64,000 nt of DNA from Eledone cirrhosa (Eukaryota), in the NCBI GenBank assembly GCA_964016885.1, contig OZ024744.1:71734001-71798000 (forward strand), given 5' to 3'. This document shows positions 50,835 through 63,823 of the stretch, in pieces (within the stretch, counting starts at the first letter, position 1; every line of letters begins with the position of its first letter). The translations under genes were made by a program, and so were the position numbers. The notes beneath the pieces were generated by a model that saw only the letters and a program-made list of their open reading frames with translations, was not told the DNA's origin and searched no databases.

Positions 50835-53800
50835 AGCTCCCGCGTCTTGCGACGCATGAGGCAATCATAGTGTTCTACCGCGTTCGGTCAGCAGCCAGTT
50901 GCACAGCGTCCCGCCATTGTCTGTTTGTCGCTCGCAGGTCCCTCTCAACTGTCTGGCGCCAGTTCATTTTGGTTCGCCCTCTCCGTCTGCTTCCCTGTGG
51001 GTTCCATTTAAGTACTTGGTTTGCCAGTCTCTCCGGGGGAAGTCTCAAGGCGTGTCCAAACCAGCTCAGGCGTCGCTTGCAGATGGTAGAAGAGACTAGC
51101 TGCTCGTTGGTGTGGTACCTGACTTCCTAGTTTGTTACATGGTCACTCCATTTAATCCCCAGGATCTTTCTCATACATCTGGAATCGAATGCGTCCAACT
51201 TCTTCTCTTGGTTGGTCTTAAGGTGCCATGTTTCACTTCCGTACAAGAGTGTGGACAGCACGTTGCTTTTGTAGAATCTCATCTTTGTTTTGAGGGTGAA
51301 CTTCCTGTTCTTCCAGATCTTGCCAAGCTGGTTAAATGCTGCTGAAGCCTTTCCCATTCTACATTGACAGTTCACTGTCCATGGTGCCCTCATTGTTAAT
51401 GGAGCTTCCTAGGTAGGTGAAGTTGTCCACAATCTCCACCTCTCCCTGTTCAATGAAGACACTGGTTGGTGGTGGGTGTGTTCCAGATAACATGCTTTTG
51501 GTCTTCTTGGCACTGATATTGAGACCTAAGCTTCCTGCTTCGACATTGATATTGTTCACAATGATTTGCAGGTCAGCTGTGCTCTCTGCAAGTGCAACAA
51601 TATCGTCCGCAAAGTCCAAGTCAGACAACTTTTGCTCTCCCACCCAAGATATACCCTGGTCTTTAGACGCTCTTCTTAGTGCCCAGTCAATGGCTATGGC
51701 AAAGAGAATTGGAGAGAGCGAGCAACCTTGACGCACGCCAGTAACCACCTCAAACCAGTCACTGTAACCATCTTATGTCCGTATGCAGCACTTGGAGTTT
51801 GCGTAAATCTGTTCGATTGACGAAATGATCTTCTGGGGCAGACCACACTCATGTATGATGCTCCAGAGCGACGGTCGATGAATGCTATCGAATGCTTTGG
51901 AGAAATCGATGAAGCTGACGGCGAGGGGCCTCTGGAATTTGTTGTACCTCTCAATGATGCGGCGTAACGTAAAGATCTGCTCTGCACAGGAACGTTTTGG
52001 TCGGAACCCTGCCTGTTGTTCTCGCAGTTCCCGGTCTACCATGCCACGCATGCGGTTCAGGATCACTAGACAATAGACCTTCCCTGGTATAGAGAGAAGT
52101 GTCTCTCCCCTCCAGTTGTCACAATCGGCAAGGTTGCCTTTCTTGGGGATACAGACAACCGCTCCGTTTCTTCAATCTTCTGGGACTTCACCCGTGTTCC
52201 ACACAAGATTACATAAGTGGCCCATCCACTTGACCATGGTTTCGGCTACTGACTTCAGCGTTTCAGCAGAAATGCCATCCATACCTGGTGACTTGTTATT
52301 CTTAAGGGTTTTGATGGCCATGGGGACTTCCTTCTCGTTGAAGTCATCAGTATTGATAGATAACAAACTAGTAGGTTCCTTAGTGCCTGCTGGCATACGT
52401 GGCTCCGGTCAGTTGAGGACTTCCTTGAAATGTTCAGCCCATCTGACTAACTTTTCTTCACCCCTGGAAAGCAGCGTACCATCTTTCCCTTTCACCGGGC
52501 CTGAGTTAGCTCTAGAGCTGCCGGTGATTTTCTTGGCAATTTGGCACACAGAGCGCATGTCATTGCGTGCCGCAGCTGCTTCTGCCTCCTCTGCCTTACT
52601 CTCAAGCCACATTCGTTTGTCCTTTTGGGCGCTGCGTTTCACCTCCTTGTCCTTGTCAACATACTGCTGATATACCTTGATGGCCTCTGGGGTAGTGGCA
52701 TGCCTCTGCTGGTGTAGGGCTTTCCTTTCATTAATCAGCTACCAGGTGTTGTCGCTGACCCAAGCTTCTCCGAGGGACTTCCTGTAGCCCAGGATTTCTT
52801 CCCCTGCAGCTTCCATGGTCTTCTTCATTTCCTCCCACCAATTAACCGAGCCTGGTGCGGACTCTTCAAGGACAGCAAATCTGTTCCTCAAAGCAGCCTC
52901 GAACTGTGCTTCTGTGTCACCGTTCTTCAGCTTGGTAGTGTCAAAACGCCTTGTAGTGGGTGCTTTCTTCTTCTGCTTCCTCAGTCTGATTTTAAGTTTA
53001 GTAACATACAGATAGTGGTCACTGCAGACATCTGCGCCTCGGTAGAATCGGACGTCCTGCAGGCAAGGAGTTCTCCATCTTAGGCCAATTGCAATGTGGT
53101 CTATTTGCGTCTTGGTCCTGTGGTCGTTCGAAGCCCATGTGACCTTGTGGTCAAATAGTGACGAGCCGATTTTCATATTGTTCATGGCACAGAAATGGAC
53201 AAACCTGTCCCCGTTGTCCGTGCGGTTTCCATAAGCATGGGGGCCAAGGACATGTTCAAAGTCAACCCTGCTTCCCCCGATCTGTGCGTTCATGTCTCCC
53301 ATGATTATCAGGAGGTCATGATATTGGGTTTTGTTTACAACATCTTGTAGTTGCTGGTAGAAAGCGTCCTTGTCATCGTCGTTATGTTCGTTGGTTGGAG
53401 CATAGCACTGAGCTATGGTGACATTTGCATGTGATGTGGTGAATCTTGCTGTCATTAGGCGTTCGTTGATAGGAGTCCACTCCTCAAGGGCACCACTGGC
53501 AGCCCTGTCCATGATGATTGCAACTCCATCTCGGTGGGTCCCGTTCTGACGGCCTGAGAACAGGATGGTCTTGTTTTCATGGAAAACTTCCCAGAGTCAG
53601 TCCAGCGGACCTCGCTGAGGCCCAGGATGTTAATTTTGTAGGCCTCCATTTCTCCGATAACTTGCGCAAGTTTGGATGGTTGGTACATAGTTCTTATGTT
53701 CCAATATCCAATACGTGTGGTTGTTTTTGCAGACAGAATTCTGGTCCTCAGGATGTCGGCTTCCTCATTGAGACTTTCGCCGACACCCGTCATACAATTT

Positions 53801-53920
53801 CCGGTTAGAGACAACCGTTCTCCTGATTGCTTGGAATTTAAATCTGATGCACTAGGAATTGTTTTCGTAGCAGGAGAGTTTTTCCGGGAACCGGACGCTG
53901 ACCTGAAGCCCAGCCACTGA
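50835..53920 (-). mobile_element. Near-complete RTE-clade LINE (APE and RT in one ORF, frameshifted)
   Basis: IGYWNIRT, LGLSEVRW, CYAPT, GDMNA, QIDH, SDH; KSPGMDG, QAGFR, FIDFSKAFD, GVRQGC, FADD, LLYGSETW; short (TCTGAG)n tail next to (CA)n. Confidence 0.95.
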
Positions 53921-54022
53921 CATTTAGTAAAGAGACAGTAAGCGGACTAGTCACACAAACGCACACACACACATATATATATATGCTGATAGATAGTTAT
54001 GTATATATGTAATTATATATAT

Positions 54023-54338
<316 letters not shown>

Positions 54339-54344
<6 letters not shown>

Positions 54345-54712
54345 ATTAAATAAATGGAAAACTATATTTATAAAACCATATTTATTTCATTATATATATT
54401 TCGGGGATATCATATTAACAATATGCTATGCCTTCATCAGACAAAATACAATATAAACAGTTTTATAGATAAATATATATATAAATATATATATATCTAT
54501 AAAACTGTTTATATTGTATTTTGTCTGATGAAGGCATAGCATATTGTTAATATGATATCCCCGAAATATATATAATGAAATAAATATGGTTTTATAAATA
54601 TAGTTTTCCATTTATTTAATATTGTAAATATACTCCAAGTATTTGTCGAGTGCTTTTATATCAGTTATAAATATTTACTAGTTGTAACCCAACAATTTTA
54701 AATATAACTTTA
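54339..54712. mobile_element. Near-perfect ~288-bp palindrome (54339-54626) made of two head-to-head copies of an HHR element, family G
   Basis: The arms are reverse complements around a TA-rich centre at ~54482; the right arm extends to ~54712. Confidence 0.92.
54518..54581 (+). ncRNA. Type-I hammerhead ribozyme, family G (mirror copy at 54384-54447 minus)
   Basis: ATTTTGT-CTGATGA-A-GG..CATATT(GTT)AATATG..CC-GAAA-TATATA-TA-ATGAAAT. Confidence 0.75.
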
Positions 54713-54713
54713 C

Positions 54714-54766
<53 letters not shown>

Positions 54767-54767
54767 A

Positions 54768-54845
<78 letters not shown>

Positions 54846-54879
54846 GTTATTCCGGGTTGAATCGGAAGTAACCACAGGA

Positions 54880-54926
54880 ATTCCTGATGATTTCGAAAGA
54901 ATGAAACAGTTCTAGTCCTGTAGAAT
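54880..54926 (+). ncRNA. Type-I hammerhead ribozyme, family H, in a ~100-nt island between (TA)n tracts
   Basis: ATTC-CTGATGA-T-TTC(GAAA)GAA-T-GAAA-CAG(TTCTAGTC)CTG-TA-GAAT. Confidence 0.8.
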
Positions 54927-54942
54927 CTCATCTATATTAAAA

Positions 54943-54975
<33 letters not shown>

Positions 54976-55034
54976 CCTTCTCTGGGTATGTATGTATAGA
55001 TATGTAGCAATATCTGTATGTGTGAAAATGATAT

Positions 55035-55370
55035 ATGCATGGATTACTGGAACTCGTGCAGTATTGCGCCATCTGCAGCATTCGGTCATCAGAAGAAGGG
55101 AGGTGGGTGTAAAAGCCAAACTCAGTGTTTTTAATTCGATGTTCACGGCTACCCTTACCTGTGATTATAGATCTTGGATAATGACCGAATGGATACGATC
55201 GTGAACACAAGCGGCCGAGATAGGGTTCCTCTGACGAGCGTCTAGAGTAACATTACTCGATAGATACATAACATGAAGATCAAGAATACACTGCAAATAG
55301 GGTCACTACTTCTCCTTATCAAGTCATCACAGCTCCTATATCACGGGTAGAGTGCCTAAGGAAAGATTTT
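55035..55370 (+). mobile_element. RTE-type LINE fragment (post-RT region)
   Basis: KAKLSVFNSMF..TLT....SWIMTE...QAAE..FL-like translation. Confidence 0.65.
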
Positions 55371-55442
55371 TCTGGCAAAACCACCTGACGCGGTCGGGAT
55401 TTTACATCTCTCTCTCTCCCTCTCTGTCTATCTATCTATATG

Positions 55443-55579
<137 letters not shown>

Positions 55580-55664
55580 ACGAAGGAAGACCAGAAATAG
55601 CCGTCGAAACGGCTTGAACTCTGCCGTCGGGGTCTTGAACTTTTTCCTATATATATATATATAT

Positions 55665-55945
55665 AATTGGTGTTGGATGCTTAAAGCATCCGTATGCGGT
55701 AGGTCGTATGAGCACTAGATGCCCTCGTAGAGAAGAGTATGATATCACAGAAAAAAGAGAATCAGTGTTGCGACGAAAGGAATTTAATAGGAAAATCTGC
55801 TTCGTAGAATCGTGACGTATCTGAAGACTGCGCGATTTCAGAGTCAGGTTTGATCACCCCATCGATCGTGCTTGGAGCTGGTCGCCCGAGAAACAATTGT
55901 AATATGTCCAATAAATTCCTTTCTGATTCTCTTTTTTCTGTGATA
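55665..55945 (+). mobile_element. (TA)n-flanked fold-back HHR element, family E copy 2
   Basis: Inverted arms atatcacagaaaaaagagaatcag / ctgattctcttttttctgtgatat; leader homologous to 18460-18512. Confidence 0.8.
55814..55908 (+). ncRNA. Type-I hammerhead ribozyme, family E, ~62-nt stem II region
   Basis: GACGTAT-CTGAAGA-...-GAAA-CAATTG-TA-ATATGTC; 7-bp stem I, palindromic stem III. Confidence 0.8.
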
Positions 55946-55969
55946 TATATATTTATATATATATAGGTA

Positions 55970-56013
<44 letters not shown>

Positions 56014-56098
56014 TATTGCTTAAAGCTTTCTCTGTTAATGTATTAAATATATATATATATATATCCCCCTCTCTCTCTCTCTTTACACACACACACAT

Positions 56099-56130
<32 letters not shown>

Positions 56131-56624
56131 TCGTACATATTCATACACATAGTGGTATGCTAAGTTGTATATATAAATAAATTGCTGTTTATTTATATTT
56201 GTGAGCACTGTCAACCTCGTGAGATTCTGCTACATAAAAAATAACATTAGCTTTTAAAGCTGTTAGCAGAAGTGTTCGTAGAAATAACAAATTCTAAAAT
56301 ATTAAATAATAAATAATAAAACACATAAGTGCTACGTAATTTGTCGTCTCTGCATGCCTGAATTGCGTCATAATTTCATATATACACCCACTCATATGGA
56401 TTATGTAAGTATATATATATATATATATATATACATAATATGTATACATATATACATACACACACACACATATACAATATGTATACATACACACATACAC
56501 ACACATACACACACACACACATATATATATATAATATGAATACATATATACATACACACACACATATATACAATATATATACATACACACATACACACAC
56601 ACACACATATATATATATACAATA

Positions 56625-56930
56625 TGTATATCTTACTTTCTTCTTACCTTTTTTCCTTTCTTTATCTTTTTTTCTTTTTTCATCTCGTTTTTTTTCAGTC
56701 TCATGAGACTATCGTTGCTATATAAATACGCAATACCTTCTCCTAGTCGTCCCATGAAATCCCATGTGTACCTGTTATGGCTTAATTGCTGTACGTTATT
56801 GTTTTGTCTTGTCTTTTACTCAAGGGACAGCGCTAGGGCTTGTTTGTCAGCCGTTGCGACATCATGTGGACCAGCTTAAGTTCATCTCAACGGCCAAAGA
56901 CATTGGAGTCCCGTGTCTTTTGGTTTGTTG
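56625..56930 (+). repeat. Unclassified interspersed repeat (copy of 1075-1410)
   Basis: See the 1075 feature. Confidence 0.75.
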
Positions 56931-57293
56931 CCATTATTTATTTTATTATCCCTCAATTTTTTTTTCTGCCTTGTTTTCGCTCGTCTTGTTTTCCTTTGTC
57001 TTATCATTGTCAATTATCCTAATTTTATTATACACTAGACCACCCAAGACCCGGTCGACCACGTTCACTTCAGAATATTGTATAAAAATCATTTTCACTT
57101 AAAAATAATTTTTAAATAATTAAAATATACACAGATATATATAATGTGAAATGAAACTGGAATATATATATATACGTGTGTGTATGTATATATATAAATA
57201 TGTGTTTGTATACATATATATATATCTGTATGTGTGTGTGTATATATATATATGTGGGTGTCTGTGATCTATATACACTGGTCATAGACACAC

Positions 57294-57370
<77 letters not shown>

Positions 57371-57499
57371 ATCACATATATTTATATACACAACACAACC
57401 ACCAGCTCTTTCTCTCTCTTTCATTCTCCTTCTCTGTCTCATCTCCCTTTCTCTGTCTCTCTCTTTCAATCTACTCTCTCACAACCACTATAATGTGTG

Positions 57500-57850
57500 C
57501 ACTCTGATGTTCAGAGCATTGCAGGGAGAAGCGTGCTGTTGAAGAGGTTTTGCGCGAGTGGTTTCGTCGAGGTTCGCTTTCAGCACATCCTTTGCTGAAT
57601 GGACGCTCTCTAGCCTGATCTTATTCTCTGAGAAATATCAGTATCCATGTCACTTTCCATGGTTATAGTTTGGCCAAGATACAGATCGCATATCACCTCC
57701 TCGATTTCATCGTCTGCAACCACAACTTGACTGGGTGCTACACCTTCGAACCACATGTACTTTGTTTTCGTACGACTGATCCTCAGGCCGACCGCCGAAT
57801 CTCTGGTGTTCAATTCATCCAGCATGATTGATCTGTAGCTGCTTGGTACT
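57500..57850 (-). mobile_element. RTE-clade RT fragment
   Basis: MLDELN...VGLRISRTKTKYM...YLGQTI...ISQRIRSG. Confidence 0.8.
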
Positions 57851-58174
57851 TTCTGTGATGTCATATGGCAGCCCGCCATTGATTTGCACACCGCCGTCCT
57901 AGTCGATGCTTTCTTGTTGTAGTTTAGGCTGGTTGTTTTCGAGATACATTGTTGACCCTCGTATTCAAGAGAGCTGCTCCCATCATTAGGATCAAAGAGA
58001 ACTGATTACCGTAGTTAGAGGATGAGATCTAATTAGGTTTTGGTTTCAGGCATCCTTGAACGACATTTCATTAAAAAAAGAAAATTCTTGACTTATAAAC
58101 ACCCTCCCGTGGAAGTGACGTTTTTTTGGAAAATATTCCCTAAATGACGCTTATTATTGTATATATACGATGAT

Positions 58175-58936
58175 GGTGGATTGGCAGTATCGGTAGAGGG
58201 TCGGACGCCATGCTTTCCAGCATAGTTACGTCCCTTTACGATCTGAGTTCAAATCCCGCCGAGGTTGACTTTGCCTTTCATCCTTAAGGGGTCGATAAAA
58301 TAAAGTACCAGTAATGCACTGGGTAATTGCTGGCCTTGTGCCTAAAGTAGAAACAATTATTGTATATATACGATAAAATAAAGAATCAGTAATGTACTGG
58401 GTAATTGCTGGCCTTGTGCCTAAAGTAGAAACAATTATTGTATATATACGATAAAATAAAGAATCAGTAATGTACTGGGTAATTGCTGGCCTTGTGCCTA
58501 AAAGTAGAAACAATTATTGTATATATACAATACGGCGTTCGATTGGCAGTATCGGTAGAGGGTCGGACACCATGCTTTGGCGCATAGAGTTACGGCCCTT
58601 GCCATTCTGAGTTCAAATCCCGCCGATGTTAACTTTGCCTTTCATCCTTACGGGGTCGATAAAATAAAGTACCATTAATGCACTGGGTAATTGCTGGCCT
58701 TGTGCCAAAAAGTAGAAACAATTATTGTATATATACAATATAAAGACAGTGGATTGGCAGTATGAGATAAACGTCAGACACCTCGCTTTGCAGCATGGAG
58801 TTATGGCCCTTTATGTTCTGAGTTCAAATCCGCCTATATTAACTTTGCTTTTCATCCTTACGGGGTCGATAAAATAAAGCACCAGTAATGCACTGAGGTA
58901 ATTGCTGGCCTTGTGCCAAAAGTAGAAACAATTATT
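58175..58936 (+). mobile_element. Tandem cluster of main SINEs: three full copies and two 3'-only copies
   Basis: Heads at 58175, ~58534 and ~58749; short 3' copies in 58371-58520; the spacer attattgtatatatac is repeated. Confidence 0.92.
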
Positions 58937-59365
58937 TTATATATTTCCATCATTGTACTGCTTTATATATATATATATACTATCAGAATGGCCCGGTGTT
59001 GCTCGGGATTTGCTCTAGGGTTCTTATATATTTGGTATATATTTATCCTTATAGAGCCTCGTGAAATAAATACGTTTGTTTATATTTTGTTATTGTGTAT
59101 GCAAAAATATCTGTACACGAATATATAATTATATATATATATATATTTCACTTCTCTCAACAACTTAATGGCGAATCAGATCACTTCAGATTTGTACGTG
59201 TGTTATATAGTTATAGAGGTATTTATTTACGCTTTAATTTATATTTAATATATTTTTAATTATCGTGTCTATATTCTGCCTTCCATAGGTTATAGATTCC
59301 ATACACTGGTGGTTTTTCCCTGTTTTATTGATGGCGCACTGTATCTTTTCAACATATTGTATATA

Positions 59366-59964
59366 TTTCCATTGGAAATTCTCTGGATTTCCAATTTTTG
59401 GAATGATGAAACCGTCGGTAACAGCAATAGAACAGGTGATTATTTAAATCGTTTTTTAATTTATTTAGAGAATTGTTTGATAACCGCTTGCTCCGCTCTT
59501 TTTATATTGTTCTGGTATCTCAAATTAGTACCATCGAACCACAATTATTATAAACATCTTACATATTTCTACAAGTACTTAGTGCCTGTTGAAGTATTCA
59601 TCCACTTTTATAATTTTTCTCCTTATGTAGAGAACAAAACGTTGAATAATGCTACTAATTTAGGTGGCAGTATCAACACGTTTATAATAAACAGCTATTA
59701 TCTGCGACCTGATTTTGCGTGTATGTCATTTTAACGGCTTGACCGCATGTGTTGGGCAGGAAGCGAAATATTTACTTGCTGTAGGGCTGGCAACCTTATA
59801 GTATGGAAATAAGCTGTCTGAAGATCCATTTCTTTCCATTGGAAATTCTCTGGATTTCCAATTTTTGGAATGGTGAAACCGTCGGTAACAGCAATAGAAC
59901 AGGTGATTATTTAAATCGTTTTTTAATTTATTTAGAGAATTGTTTGATAACCGTTTGCTCCGCT

Positions 59965-59968
<4 letters not shown>
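59366..59968 (+). mobile_element. HHR element, family I: 467-nt monomer, about 1.3 tandem units
   Basis: 59366-59501 is repeated at 59833-59968; ends in (TA)n. Confidence 0.88.
59813..59892 (+). ncRNA. Type-I hammerhead ribozyme, family I, intact
   Basis: GCTGT-CTGAAGA-T-CCATT..ATTGGAAATTC(TCT)GGATTTCCAAT..AATGG-T-GAAA-CCGTCGG-TA-ACAGC. Confidence 0.88.
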
Positions 59969-60020
<52 letters not shown>

Positions 60021-61453
60021 GGATTAACAAATAATAGTTAAATGCAGTCCACTTAGGTGAAGTCCAGTTATGGTATTCCAGGTAGTGGATGATATTAACG
60101 CTTGGCTTGGTTTGACTCAACAAGGCGTTTTCATAGTGATGCTGCGGGTATGCTGTAATTCCTATGTTGTAAACACTTGGAGTAATAATAAATCAGGAAA
60201 GAAGGTTTACATGGTTTGCTATACAAAAAAGTTTTTAATCACATAGCTTACATTTGTTTCACTGAACTGGTCTGTCTAGAGATCGCTATCCGCCTAATTT
60301 TGCGTCACTCGATCGCCAATACAGAATTATAACCAGTATAGTTATATATATATATATATATATATATTAAAATAACAGATTAAAGTTTAAGCAAAGAATC
60401 ACTGCTTTCACACTTAACGGGATCTTCTACCTAAAATCAGTATGAAGTACACTAAGACTAACTGATGTAATCGTTGGCCTTGTTTGTTTATATTTTGTTT
60501 TTGTGTATGCAAAAATATCTGTCAGTGATGCATATGATTATGTAATCGCCAGCCTTGTTTGTTTATATTTTGTTTTTGTGTATGCAAAAATATCTTTACA
60601 GAATATCTATATTAAAATAACATATTAATGTTTAGGCAAAGAATCACTGCTTAACGGGATCTTCTGAAACTAAAAAAAAATCAATCTGTGAACGCAGATG
60701 TAAATATTTCCAAAAACGTTGCAACCGATGGAAAACAGGAAGGCGATACTTTGGTTCGTGAAGCCTTCCCTGACAAGAATATATCTATATACACACACAT
60801 TATATATACATACACATACACACACTGATCGCGTCCTAATGTCGTAATGCAGACAGCCAGGCATACAGAGAGATATTATGAAAGCGCGACGTCATATCTA
60901 TGTATCTATCTAAAAAGAGAAAGATTAAGAGAAAGAGAAAGAGATCGCTAAATCACCTCATGCGGTCCCTAGGGCATTGGAAATTTGAAATTTCTTTTTC
61001 TCAGAACACTCAATAGAACCATAAGAAAAAAAAACGGTTGGGTAGTTCTCGAGTTTTAGGGAAACAGATACACAGACATTCTTTGTTTTATATATATATA
61101 TATAAATGAAAAGTATAGAAATTGTTGTAGCGAGAAGCTAACAGTATTCCATAACATATATGTGACTATAGCGTCAAAATGGGAAAATAGTTAACATAAG
61201 ATATGGGAAAAATAATTCAGACTCAATTCAAAAGGAATCGGGATATAGATTTATCCAACAGAATTTAGAGAAATCCAGGGAAAAATCAATAGAGCCTTAA
61301 CTCATGATAAAACAAAGTCTAAAGTACTCAACCTTCAATTTGGGACAACTTCAAATGCTCTGTCTTGAAAAGACTATTTCACGAAAAACTATTTATACAT
61401 ATATATATTTATATATATATATAAATGGTTACACAACAGTTAGTTCACCATAC

Positions 61454-61491
61454 CGAGAACAATTGTTTCACCTTAGCGGATCTTCAGCTCG
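61454..61491 (-). ncRNA. Minimal type-I hammerhead ribozyme in the PLE pLTR, family J (mutated copies at 63156-63193 plus and 63914-63951 minus)
   Basis: Minus strand: CGAG-CTGAAGA-T-CC(GCTAA)GG-T-GAAA-CAATTG-TT-CTCG; the other two copies read CAGAAGA. Confidence 0.85.
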
Positions 61492-61653
61492 TAATGGGCA
61501 TGGTTATAGGAACAGGAAGGAGAACCGTACGAACGCGCATGCGCAGAAACCCGGTCACTTCACACAGGCAATACAAGAATGCGTGCGAGAGGTGTAAGTG
61601 AGATAACTGCGAAAGTCCAAAAAGTTTTTAGTTGATAAGAAAATTACAATGAT

Positions 61654-63020
61654 TCAATCCGGAGCTTTATAGTTATGCAATAGGTGTTTGGAGACGTGTG
61701 GACAACGTGTGAAAAATTCATTTCTTGTGTTTAGGCAATCACTATTGCATAGTCTCTTTAGAATAGTTATTCGTTCGTCAATACATAACCCACACGTCGC
61801 ATTTCCCCTTGCGTATGGCTTGGACTTAGTGATGGCTTTCCATTGAATGGAGTAGTCTATACTTGAGTCCTTGGGGCACCATACGTGGCTCGCGAGTTTC
61901 GTGGATGAACGTCTGTCCGGGTACCTAAAGGTCGACTGGTGGTTCAGGAAACGTTCCTTAAATCGGCCCTCCGCCATGCCCACATAGGATTTGACCTCCT
62001 GTGGTTTGGTCGGTTGGAAGTGACCACAGCTTCATAAATTACAGCTGGTGTGTTCATTGCTGTTGAAGGGGCAAGCTTCGGGCTTACGGCAAGAGCACCC
62101 TGGTGGGGTGTTGCTCCTAGAGCTGCTGGTGATGTGGGCCTTCATGTTCTTAGCGCAGGAGAATCCTAGTTTGACTTTGTGTCGGTTAAAGATGGAGCGG
62201 TATTTATGACCTATGGGAGCGCTAGACATTTTTTTCCTACATTGGTTTTAACGTTGAGTGAGAAGGGAGGAGAGAACCAGATAGTTTGTCTATTGTTGCG
62301 CTTAATTTTCTTATTGCTGTTGTTGATAGTGGGAGAGTAAGTGATAGGTTGCGAGAAGCCGCTGTTAGCCAACGCCGTGTTATAGTAGGGTGCCGCCCTG
62401 TCAAAGAAAGCCTTATTAGAGGAGAGGTTTGAGATTCTAGTACCCATATTATTTACGAAGTTTCTAAAAACAGTGGGAGGGTGGCATGAGTCCTTGTGAA
62501 TGTAATTGAGTTTTTCGTTAAGCTTATGGAAGTGTCTGTAGGTGTGTGTGAGAAAGTATAAATTCATGTCTAAGAAATCTACGCTAGAGAGGTTGGTAGC
62601 TACTGTTATCCTAAGTCCTAACTCATTGAAGGTAGAAGCTAAGTCTTTTTTAAACCGGTCGAGGTCGTGACCACTTTTATGGCTCGATAAAGTCAGTCCA
62701 TCGTCGCGGTATATTCCCGTGTGGAAGTCCGGGAATCTTACACGTAATATGTCTAAGATAAATAGGTCAACCAAGTCACATACGTCAGCACTGTCAAACG
62801 ATCCCATGGAGACATCAAATAGGTCTGAAGTTGTAGACTTCTTTGCCCAAGCTACTCCGTCGTTGAAGAGGAGGGTTTTCCGGCAGTGAGCGATGATTTC
62901 CCTGTCTAAACCATCGACGGTGATGTAAGTGGTAGCAAAGTCCAACACTTTGTTTAACAGAGTCTCTGATATCGACGGGTAAAAACCAACAATGTCAAAC
63001 TGTGTGAACTTCGCTTTTAT
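61654..63020 (-). pseudogene. PLE reverse transcriptase and GIY-YIG endonuclease, frameshifted
   Basis: FDIVGFYPSI, MGSFDSADVCDL, YRDDGL, FLD, WFSPPFS; CSCR..CP, VIY, YVGM..FKERF.NH, CGLC..E, LNTRNE..CPH. Confidence 0.92.
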
Positions 63021-63288
63021 GCATTTTCGGACTTTCGCAGTTATCTCCCTTACACCTCTCGCACGCATTCTAGTATTGCCTGTGTGAAGTGATCGGATTT
63101 CTGCACATGCGCGTTCGTACGGTTGACCTTCTTGTTCCTATGACCATGCCCATTACGAGCAGAAGATCCGCTAAGGTGAAACAATTGTTCTCGGTATGGT
63201 GAACTAACTGTTGTGTAACCACTTCTATCTAACTCGTCCCATGGACTGAGTACTCTACCACTACGGATATTACCTTCCAGTGTTCCAC

Positions 63289-63340
<52 letters not shown>

Positions 63341-63344
<4 letters not shown>

Positions 63345-63408
63345 GTGGCACACTGGAAGGTAATATCCGTAGTGGTAGAGTACTCAGTCCATGGGACGAT
63401 TTAGGTAT
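63341..63408 (-). repeat. Inverted partial pLTR copy mirroring 63226-63293 across (TA)n
   Basis: agtggtggcacactggaaggtaatatccgtagtggtagagtactcagtccatgggacg is the reverse complement of 63235-63292. Confidence 0.88.
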
Positions 63409-63619
63409 TTATATATATATATATATATATATAAATATAAGCATGTATATCAGCCGTACTAAGAGTGAGAAATAAAATTTCATTTCATTCTTTTCCATAT
63501 ATATATATATCGACAGTGGATCGACTTTCGTCAAATCAAACCGAGGAAACAATGTTTCCGTTGGTCTTTCCAATTGCTAATACTATCTATCGGTCGCAAC
63601 TCCAGGTAGAAGGAGCAGC

Positions 63620-63701
<82 letters not shown>

Positions 63702-63747
63702 GAGAGAGAGAGAGAGGGAGAGAGAGAGGAAGAGAGAGAGAGAGGGA

Positions 63748-63821
<74 letters not shown>

Positions 63822-63823
<2 letters not shown>

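Larger units (their letters stand above)
58980..61098 (-). mobile_element. Non-autonomous Helitron with nested insertions
   Basis: Minus-strand 3' end: GC hairpin CCCGAGCAACACCGGG, then cattctg-ATAG|T (CTAG-like). 5' end (TA)nAAAACAAAGAATGTCTGT near 61095. An internal motif is repeated at 59062, 60478 and 60553. Confidence 0.65.
61427..63293 (-). mobile_element. Naiad-like Penelope element, 5'-truncated, flanked by inverted pseudo-LTRs (61427-61620 and 63025-63293)
   Basis: RT and C-terminal GIY-YIG between two reverse-complementary ~195-nt repeats that carry HHRs; (TA)n on both sides. Confidence 0.92.

Noticed and set aside
55580-55650. GAC...GTC-GAAA-CGGC...GCCG-TC half hammerhead in (TA)n
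   Set aside because: The 3' half fits, but the CUGANGA box and stem I are absent. Possibly a truncated further family; not counted.
59309-59734. 141-aa hydrophobic ORF
   Set aside because: It crosses the boundary of the HHR repeat unit, has AT-driven composition and shows no recognisable motif.
60243-60335. Minus-strand GAAA-CAAATG-TA with a stem II-like helix
   Set aside because: The core box is too degenerate and stem I is unclear; left uncalled.
62050-62065. Possible selenocysteine TGA at a conserved Cys position of the Naiad-like endonuclease (some Naiads encode selenoproteins)
   Set aside because: The site is frameshifted (aatgaac), so the original codon cannot be read, and I could not see a SECIS-like RUGA/AA/GA hairpin in the 3' pLTR. 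A family consensus plus SECISearch would decide it.
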